DNA from: Laetmonice hystrix
Lineage: Eukaryota
NCBI GenBank assembly: GCA_965235115.1
Contig: OZ249447.1
Coordinates: 24,056,001-24,120,000, forward strand
Reading direction: 5' to 3'
Length of the DNA: 64,000 nucleotides
The first letter of the stretch is position 1. Every line of letters begins with the position of its first letter. The position numbers were made by a program, and so were the translations under genes. Shown here piece by piece: positions 60,401 to 64,000 of the stretch. Below the pieces are notes generated by a model. That model made no database searches, was not told the DNA's origin, and was given only the letters and a program-made list of their open reading frames with translations.

Positions 60401-62866
60401 TCTGCTGGCAGGCTTGACGGTTTTTTAACCGCCTCAGACTGACTGCCGCCATTACTCGTCACCTTGGTAACTCTCAGAAAACGGCGCATTCCAGGCCCTG
60501 CAGAATGTCACTTAAAGCCACCCTTCATACACTCCACTGGCTGACGCCAGGGAAGGGGGGGGGGATCTGTATGCACCGAATGAAGGCTGACTCCGTTCAA
60601 AGAACCAGAGTGTGAGAGAAATTCCCGAGTGTCTTCAGTTTCAAACATCCACCTAGCGCCAGAATATCTATTGACACCATAAACAGAGACTTGCTGCAGA
60701 TTAAATTCTCGCCAGTAGAAACTGATTAGACCGGGGATATGTCAAGCCAGGTACGTGAACCATGTCCCTGCCCTCTGACACCTCATCTTTCATCTACGCT
60801 TCCTGACAGCTTCCTAATCAGCCTAATACGGCGGGCCAGCCTTCAAAGATACAACTTAGTATACTGATGGCACCACTTCAAAGAAACTCAGACGTAGAGG
60901 CAGAGTTCGCAGGGGATTTTCTTCCCTTTCCATTATTGTCAAGCATGTCCTGGTTAAGTTACGTGAAGAACGATTGTTGTCAATGTATGCGGGCATCCTC
61001 CCAGAAATGCACTAAAAAGGGAGTATATATACTAAAAATTTAAAAAAAAGGCATATCATCATTCAATGTTTATTTAAGACCAAATAGTTCAGCCTCTTTA
61101 CCAGTTATGATGGCATGAGACGAATTCAAGAATCAGGCTTTCCATCCTTATTTCGACATCCTCTTTTATTTTTCAACAATTTGTATAAAAGAATATCGCC
61201 CGATATTGTTAACCTAAAATGATGTATTTCATTGCATGCCGATTCCATATTCTGGACTGCCTGCAGACAGGATATCAGGCCGAGGTATCCCATAATGACA
61301 CCGATGAGGCGGTGTTCAGAACGCCAGGCCAGTGAACATGAAACTGATCCATTTCTCCCCGTCACGTTTCCACACTATGCTTTCAGCCTGGGTTAGCTTT
61401 ATAGTTTGGCCACCGGCAACTGTACGGGTATTGTCCGATAGCTGTCATTTACATGCATCAATTATTATACCCTGATTTATCCTACTCTCACACTGACCTC
61501 TTTCTACTGAGTTGTACAGAAATTATACTGACCATCGAATTATGCCGGAGGTATGACAAACCCTTACAAAATCGTTCAGAAATTATTGCAGGCCCTTTCG
61601 AAGGTTCAAGGACAGTTATTATCAGATACCTTTGTTTCCGCCAGTTTTGATGATATTTTGCATCGAACCGTTAAAATGGCAAGCCTGACATACCTCCATT
61701 TACTTTATAATGTTAAGATTATGGAAAGCCCAGTTAGTGACCCGTGACATGTCAACCAGATGCTGTGATCAAATATTACCCTTTAATTCTCTGTCCTTCT
61801 GATGCTTCCATACATTTTATGTGACTCAAGATAAAACTGTCTCATGGTTAAAGTGAACGTACACTGGCAAAAGATTAAATTAGCATTCTTAAAACACATT
61901 TTCTGTAGCCATACAACACTTACACAAACACATGTTTATTAAGCATTCGAGTGTAAGGACGTCCTTGAACAACCATCTGGGGTTGCCATTGTAATGGTTC
62001 CTCCCTTTAGTCAATACGTCAGCCGAGAGACGCAATCATACGATAGCCTACAATCGGTACCGCTTCTATACGAAAGCATACTGGGCGTACCGCTCGGTTT
62101 GCATAATTGAGACCAAAATGAACCATGCGAGCAAATACTTTTATACATCTACAGTCCCATTAGATTAATGAACTCGCCTGAGAGTACGCATAAGTCTTTT
62201 AAATAACAGTCTTTCTCATGCACGGAATATAATTACAGGTATTAACATCTCAAGTTAATGCCTGTTAATGCAATCTTATGTGACATCGACAATACAGTAA
62301 AACAAAGTTCACATGATGTCAGACGCACAACAGGTCAAATAACAATTAGTTACGACAAGCAGGTAATAGCAGAGCCGGATCCAGGATATTTTTCAAGGGG
62401 AGGGGGGGGGGGGGTTGCAACAACTTGACAGGTGAAAAAAAACCCACTTTATTACCAAGATACATGTATTACATTTATATTTTGTTTCTTTGCCAACTAA
62501 AATAGCGCTGTGCACTGTGCATTGGGGCAGTCTACTGGAATTCTGGCTTTAGCATGTTCAGATAGAATTTTTCTAGATTTCTAAGGGGGGTTGCAACCCC
62601 CAAAACCCCCCTCTGGATCCGGCCCTGAATAGAAATGTAGACATTAGGAAAATAATGCAGTTAACACTGTCACTTCAAGCAAAGGCTCAGTAGTAGAACA
62701 ACCAGCCGAAAGCCTGGCTCCATCTGATAGGCATAATCTCGAGGATGTTACTTACCCTGATGGCACTAACTTTCTTGTTCAGCATCGCTTGCATGCTACG
62801 CTTCATACTTCGTACCATTTCTTCCCCGTGAATTCCATGTACCTTTGGCTTCGTCAATAGGTAGTC
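420..62866 (-). CDS. CACNA2D3/4-like: Voltage-dependent calcium channel subunit alpha-2/delta (alpha2delta-3/4, straightjacket-like); spliced, 5'- and 3'-incomplete; 28 exons plus alternatives
   Basis: All listed exons join in frame with matching phases. Diagnostic motifs: [125 protein letters not shown]; collinear with the vertebrate alpha2delta-3 sequence as recalled. Confidence 0.97.
734..834 (-). CDS. CACNA2D3/4-like: alpha2delta exon 27 ([34 protein letters not shown])
   Basis: tatgttgcag| acceptor, GAG|gtaggt donor, 101 nt, phase 0-2. Confidence 0.94.
1087..1149 (-). CDS. CACNA2D3/4-like: alpha2delta exon 26 ([21 protein letters not shown])
   Basis: tttggcttcag| acceptor, GAG|gtaagt donor, 63 nt, phase 0-0. 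Confidence 0.96.
1227..1310. repeat. 40-bp tandem duplication, about 2 copies
   Basis: caacaaacatacagcaaacatgtcaacatacaaaa at 1227 and 1267. Confidence 0.9.
1541..1734 (-). CDS. CACNA2D3/4-like: alpha2delta exon 25 ([64 protein letters not shown])
   Basis: ccattgttgtag| acceptor, GCT|gtacgt donor, 194 nt, phase 1-0. Confidence 0.93.
1731..1892. repeat. 40-bp minisatellite x4 that includes the exon 25 acceptor
   Basis: tcacctaca(a/g)caatggacaacactg(g/c)cgtcaact(g/t)taact at 1731, 1771, 1811, 1851. Confidence 0.97.
2098..2201 (-). CDS. CACNA2D3/4-like: alpha2delta exon 24 ([35 protein letters not shown])
   Basis: taccttccctcag| acceptor, CTG|gtcagt donor, 104 nt, phase 2-1. Confidence 0.92.
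2341..2527. repeat. 51-bp minisatellite, about 3.5 copies
   Basis: ttggataaag at 2351, 2402, 2453, 2504. Confidence 0.96.
2613..2693 (-). CDS. CACNA2D3/4-like: alpha2delta exon 23 ([27 protein letters not shown])
   Basis: cttttttttcag| acceptor, |gtaagt donor, 81 nt, phase 2-2; F.GT..GL.R motif. Confidence 0.94.
5644..5775. mobile_element. 132-bp MITE-like element with ~40-bp terminal inverted repeats
   Basis: ctgggcccggttcacaaacaaagtcaagtcaattttaatt ... aattaaaattgacttgactttgtttgtgaacagggcccag (one mismatch); no clear TSD; a related-looking end ctggggcccgtttcac occurs near 9411. Confidence 0.8.
7276..7492. mobile_element. possible old MITE (GC-rich inverted ends)
   Basis: tccactgggccg...ccggctg versus cagccggacggcccagtgga; 12-bp perfect plus imperfect extension; no TSD. 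Confidence 0.3.
8862..8976 (-). CDS. CACNA2D3/4-like: alpha2delta exon 22 ([38 protein letters not shown])
   Basis: ccattttgccag| acceptor, AAG|gtaggt donor, 115 nt, phase 1-2; CD..LI..LL.DA motif. Confidence 0.92.
9498..9604 (-). CDS. CACNA2D3/4-like: alpha2delta exon 21 ([36 protein letters not shown])
   Basis: less common AAG acceptor (ccactgaag|), |gtaagc donor, 107 nt, phase 2-1; W.YC motif across the junction. Confidence 0.88.
9808..9850 (-). CDS. CACNA2D3/4-like: alpha2delta exon 20 ([15 protein letters not shown])
   Basis: gtatttccag| acceptor, CTG|gtaagt donor, 43 nt, phase 1-2. Confidence 0.9.
10015..10088 (-). CDS. CACNA2D3/4-like: alpha2delta exon 19 ([25 protein letters not shown])
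   Basis: tttggtgttccag| acceptor, CCG|gtaaac donor, 74 nt, phase 2-1. Confidence 0.92.
10834..10895 (-). CDS. CACNA2D3/4-like: alpha2delta exon 18 ([21 protein letters not shown])
   Basis: ttttacttttccag| acceptor, CAG|gtaaag donor, 62 nt, phase 0-2. Confidence 0.95.
11212..11283 (-). CDS. CACNA2D3/4-like: alpha2delta exon 17 ([24 protein letters not shown])
   Basis: tatattgtag| acceptor, ATG|gtgagt donor, 72 nt, phase 0-0. Confidence 0.93.
11585..11626 (-). CDS. candidate 42-nt cassette exon ([14 protein letters not shown])
   Basis: ctctgtaaacctttcag| acceptor, strong AAG|gtaagc donor, phase 0-0, no stop. Confidence 0.55.
12270..12293 (-). CDS. candidate 24-nt cassette microexon (DINVTYIE)
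   Basis: ctgcttgtctggttacag| acceptor, weaker GAG|gtagaa donor, phase 0-0, in frame between exons 16 and 17. Confidence 0.4.
12916..12987 (-). CDS. CACNA2D3/4-like: alpha2delta exon 16 ([24 protein letters not shown])
   Basis: tattgtgttgtag| acceptor, GAG|gtacgg donor, 72 nt, phase 0-0; KPNY.SVDL.EVE motif. Confidence 0.95.
12989..14756. repeat. ~1.77-kb minisatellite, ~32 copies of a 55-bp unit (50- and 61-bp variants), abutting the exon 16 acceptor
   Basis: unit caacacaatacccaatatagaccaggcgatcagctaacaccatcacagatcgcag. Confidence 0.98.
15053..15127 (-). CDS. CACNA2D3/4-like: alpha2delta exon 15 ([25 protein letters not shown]), Cache
   Basis: atttctctttcag| acceptor, |gtaagt donor, 75 nt, phase 0-0. 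Confidence 0.97.
15269..15349 (-). CDS. CACNA2D3/4-like: alpha2delta exon 14 ([27 protein letters not shown])
   Basis: cttctctttgtag| acceptor, AAG|gtaaat donor, 81 nt, phase 0-0. Confidence 0.97.
15633..15689 (-). CDS. CACNA2D3/4-like: alpha2delta exon 13 ([19 protein letters not shown])
   Basis: aatgttaccag| acceptor, ACG|gtacgt donor, 57 nt, phase 0-0; LMT.VA.PVF motif. Confidence 0.95.
16388..17078. repeat. 43-bp minisatellite, ~16 copies
   Basis: unit cacttttcctatactactctcggccttcctttacatcaaa(t/g)gt; acttttccta at 16441, 16484 and onward. Confidence 0.97.
19896..19957. repeat. polypurine (GGA/GAG)-type microsatellite
   Basis: aggagaaggaggaggagaaggagggggagg...; only A and G for ~60 nt. 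Confidence 0.9.
20200..20335. repeat. 68-bp tandem duplication x2
   Basis: atcaacaagtgatactttctgtccaggtgcgagtacctta at 20201 and 20269. Confidence 0.95.
21726..21827 (-). CDS. CACNA2D3/4-like: alpha2delta exon 12B, paralogous duplicate of 12A ([34 protein letters not shown])
   Basis: long pyrimidine tract ttcattctttcttcattctgcag|, CAG|gtttgt donor, 102 nt, phase 0-0, no stop; shares SRPMVI and WTSVY with 12A at the same spacing. Confidence 0.85.
22515..22598 (-). CDS. CACNA2D3/4-like: alpha2delta exon 12A ([28 protein letters not shown])
   Basis: gtgattttacag| acceptor, GCG|gtaggt donor, 84 nt, phase 0-0; matches EYLHVLSRPKVI...WTEAYID. Confidence 0.95.
23396..23445 (-). CDS. CACNA2D3/4-like: alpha2delta exon 11 ([17 protein letters not shown])
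   Basis: tctgtttcag| acceptor, CAG|gtaagt donor, 50 nt, phase 1-0. Confidence 0.96.
23583..23669. repeat. 29-bp minisatellite x3
   Basis: acggatgtcat at 23585, 23614, 23643. Confidence 0.93.
23937..24015 (-). CDS. CACNA2D3/4-like: alpha2delta exon 10 ([27 protein letters not shown])
   Basis: tctcctgtttag| acceptor, AAG|gtgaga donor, 79 nt, phase 0-1. Confidence 0.97.
24169..24282 (-). CDS. CACNA2D3/4-like: alpha2delta exon 9 ([38 protein letters not shown])
   Basis: ctaatccag| acceptor, |gtaagt donor, 114 nt, phase 0-0. Confidence 0.96.
27017..27106 (-). CDS. CACNA2D3/4-like: alpha2delta exon 8 ([30 protein letters not shown])
   Basis: ttttctctgccacag| acceptor, GAG|gtaagt donor, 90 nt, phase 0-0. 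Confidence 0.92.
27198..27371. mobile_element. 174-bp MITE, 13-bp TIR CAGGGCCGTGCCC, 5-bp TSD ATTCT
   Basis: attct|cagggccgtgccc ... gggcacggccctg|attct. Confidence 0.85.
27407..27481 (-). CDS. CACNA2D3/4-like: alpha2delta exon 7 ([25 protein letters not shown]); GC donor
   Basis: tttttttggcttccacag| acceptor, AAG|gcaagt donor, 75 nt, phase 0-0; C.NGTLVQA motif. Confidence 0.93.
27705..27988. repeat. 46-bp minisatellite, ~6 copies
   Basis: unit ggatatagatgcgtggatacaaggaacgtgagagttatctatattc; aaggaacgtg at 27721, 27767 and onward. Confidence 0.97.
28220..28370 (-). CDS. CACNA2D3/4-like: alpha2delta exon 6 ([50 protein letters not shown]), VWA start; GC donor
   Basis: gtggttttacag| acceptor, AAG|gcaagt donor, 151 nt, phase 2-0; MIDAS DxSxS. 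Confidence 0.95.
28949..29018 (-). CDS. CACNA2D3/4-like: alpha2delta exon 5 ([24 protein letters not shown])
   Basis: catcaccag| acceptor, TG|gtaaga donor, 70 nt, phase 1-2; YDCRxRxW motif. Confidence 0.93.
32669..32800 (-). CDS. CACNA2D3/4-like: alpha2delta exon 4 ([45 protein letters not shown])
   Basis: ttcatttcttgcag| acceptor, CAG|gtgagt donor, 132 nt, phase 1-1. Confidence 0.97.
34136..34200. repeat. 21-bp minisatellite x3
   Basis: gatagtgac(a/t)gtgacgtgttt repeated three times. Confidence 0.92.
34915..35044 (-). CDS. CACNA2D3/4-like: alpha2delta exon 3 ([43 protein letters not shown]), VWA_N
   Basis: tttgttttgttttacag| acceptor, |gtaagt donor, 130 nt, phase 0-1; PVN..S.V.VPTN motif. 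Confidence 0.95.
37557..37616 (-). CDS. CACNA2D3/4-like: alpha2delta exon 2 ([20 protein letters not shown])
   Basis: ttggccttttccag| acceptor, CAG|gtaagt donor, 60 nt, phase 0-0; matches RLVEAAEEAHLKHEFDADLQ; preceded by a 25.1-kb intron. Confidence 0.9.
43165..43323 (+). repeat. 159-bp segment B, also present at 47422-47580
   Basis: 158/159 identical by eye (T43302 vs C47559). Confidence 0.95.
47238..47764 (+). repeat. A-B-A structure: 184-bp direct repeats (47238-47421, 47581-47764) flanking a copy of segment B
   Basis: gtggtttctgaac...ttttagaatgac occurs twice, 343 nt apart, no mismatch seen. Confidence 0.95.
49141..49690 (-). mobile_element. possible highly decayed non-LTR retrotransposon reverse-transcriptase relic
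   Basis: In order and at roughly RT-like spacing: [10 protein letters not shown] (~KA.GPDG), [13 protein letters not shown] (~ISLTSV.KILE.II), NLSTMKFG* (~LS..QFGF), KKLLSKLN (~LL.KL), ETGVLPLL (~QGSVLGPLL); stops and frameshifts; pattern match only. Confidence 0.3.
51380..51505. mobile_element. ~126-bp MITE-like inverted repeat
   Basis: tgccctcccaacaggaactgcagtatctgcaaaattgtgaaatt versus aatttcacatttttgcggtactgcagtctctcttgggagggca (~44 bp imperfect). Confidence 0.7.
54480..55112 (-). mobile_element. decayed LINE (CR1/L2-like) APE-endonuclease relic
   Basis: SLKPG...IMPGY..NREGRH (~ETWLKP..IPGY..DR.GR.GGG), VIWVRI, HGDLSCP (~GDFNCP), [15 protein letters not shown] (~PT....S.LDLIF), YSHN (~SDH), then RYTLNK; order and spacing APE-like, split over two ORFs. 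Confidence 0.45.
58417..59216 (+). mobile_element. Helentron-associated / DINE-like non-autonomous element (tentative)
   Basis: 5' hairpin tcccatc(C)n-aaa-gggggaaatggga, (TTC)n microsatellite, atgaaacttg, tgacctttgacctt/aggtcaaag motifs, T-rich end; architecture recalled for HINE/DINE-1 elements; boundaries approximate. Confidence 0.45.
62370..62627. mobile_element. 258-bp MITE, 15-bp TIR CAG(A/G)GCCGGATCCAG, 5-bp TSD AATAG
   Basis: aatag|cagagccggatccag ... ctggatccggccctg|aatag. Confidence 0.85.
62756..62866 (-). CDS. CACNA2D3/4-like: alpha2delta exon 1 in window ([37 protein letters not shown])
   Basis: gttgttgcag| acceptor, AGG|gtaagt donor, 111 nt, phase 0-0; resembles IDGLQLVKKLAKNMEEMFHKKSEAVR. 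Confidence 0.88.
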
Positions 62867-64000
62867 CTGCAACAACGGAAAATAATTCGTCAATGTCCGA
62901 GCAAACGGTCGCTTTATTGAGTTCCTTCAACAGCATTGATTGATAAACTACTTACCCTAGAAATTAAAAAAAACCTTCATTACAATTCTGTTAATATCAT
63001 CACTGCAAGAAAACCAGAAAGAGAAGATCTTGTCCAGCGATATCGAGATTTTCATCTGATTCTATTACATATCCTAGAGTTCATATTTTGATGTTTCCAA
63101 TCACCCAATAAATCAGTTCTCCCAACAAACCAAAGTATTCCAGTGTTTTATAGTGTCCCCCATGATAATTACCACCGTGTCTGTCGTAAACATTGCAAAA
63201 TTTCATATAACGGTTCGAAAAAAAGACCTCCAGCCGATGACCTTTAAAAAGGGGAAACATGTGTGGGAGTCAATGACAGGAGGGAACCCGTCAGGATCTC
63301 CCATAGCAGGTAGAAATACATGCTGCGGAGATGTATTAATTCATGGATTGGCCCAAGGCATGGCGTGAGGTAATCAGGTTAACAGCACCACCAGGAGGCA
63401 ATATTTTACCATGTGCTGATGGTCCAGCAGCCAGATAGCCTGCGGTCTGCTCTGAGAACCTATAGGTACTGATAAGCTCTAGCCTGCCTACATCAATACA
63501 GCAATCTGGCGTTGATGTAAACTACATCATGCTCCTCTTCCCACCATCAAACAAGTAGTGTATGTAGGTTGTAAATCCTGGTAATTATATAAGAGACCTG
63601 TCACATGTTTCTAGGATTCGTCCCTTCTTTCTTAATATGACAAAGGACGCCGTCAAAAACCTGCTGATGAATCGTGGTATAAAAATCTAAATACTCTTGA
63701 CTTGTTAATCATACAAACCTCTTGATTATCACCATAATGATCAACTCTCTTGTAATTCCTTGTAAACCAACAATTTCTTTATTGTATGGCCGGGTTCTTA
63801 ATATAAATGACGCCCAAAACTCAAACAATTCTAATCACAGATGGCATCTACCCTGGTAGCATACCGGAGATAAAATCAACACTTGATTTATACGTTCCCT
63901 GCTGCCCCAATCCGAGTAATGAAAACAACTGGTACATTTTACTTCCTGCATGAAATATGTTACTTGCTGTTGTTACCAGCATCCACTGCCCCCTTCAACC

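Overview
This is eukaryotic (metazoan, probably intron-rich invertebrate) genomic DNA, not prokaryotic: no rRNA, tRNA or CRISPR array is supported. Almost the whole window lies inside one minus-strand gene for a voltage-gated calcium channel auxiliary subunit alpha-2/delta of the CACNA2D3/4 (Drosophila straightjacket) type. I reconstructed by hand 28 phase-compatible coding exons from 62866 down to 420 (2526 nt, 842 aa using exon 12A). They cover VWA_N, VWA, the Cache domains and the VGCC_alpha2 region; both gene ends lie outside the window. Most unusual observations: (1) a tandemly duplicated, probably mutually exclusive exon pair (22515-22598 and 21726-21827) that swaps part of the dCache_1 amino-acid/gabapentinoid pocket; (2) two intronic minisatellites built from the 3' splice sites themselves, one with four stacked acceptors and one with about 32 mostly AG-less acceptor copies; (3) two consecutive GC-AG introns with identical AAG|GCAAGT donors; (4) extra frame-preserving cassette-exon candidates, stop-introducing cryptic exons and a possible 1-nt exon; (5) a recent A-B-A duplication with a templated insertion; (6) two MITEs with CAG..CTG ends and 5-bp target-site duplications. 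The introns also hold other minisatellites and decayed transposon relics. Homology calls come from remembered family motifs, not database searches.
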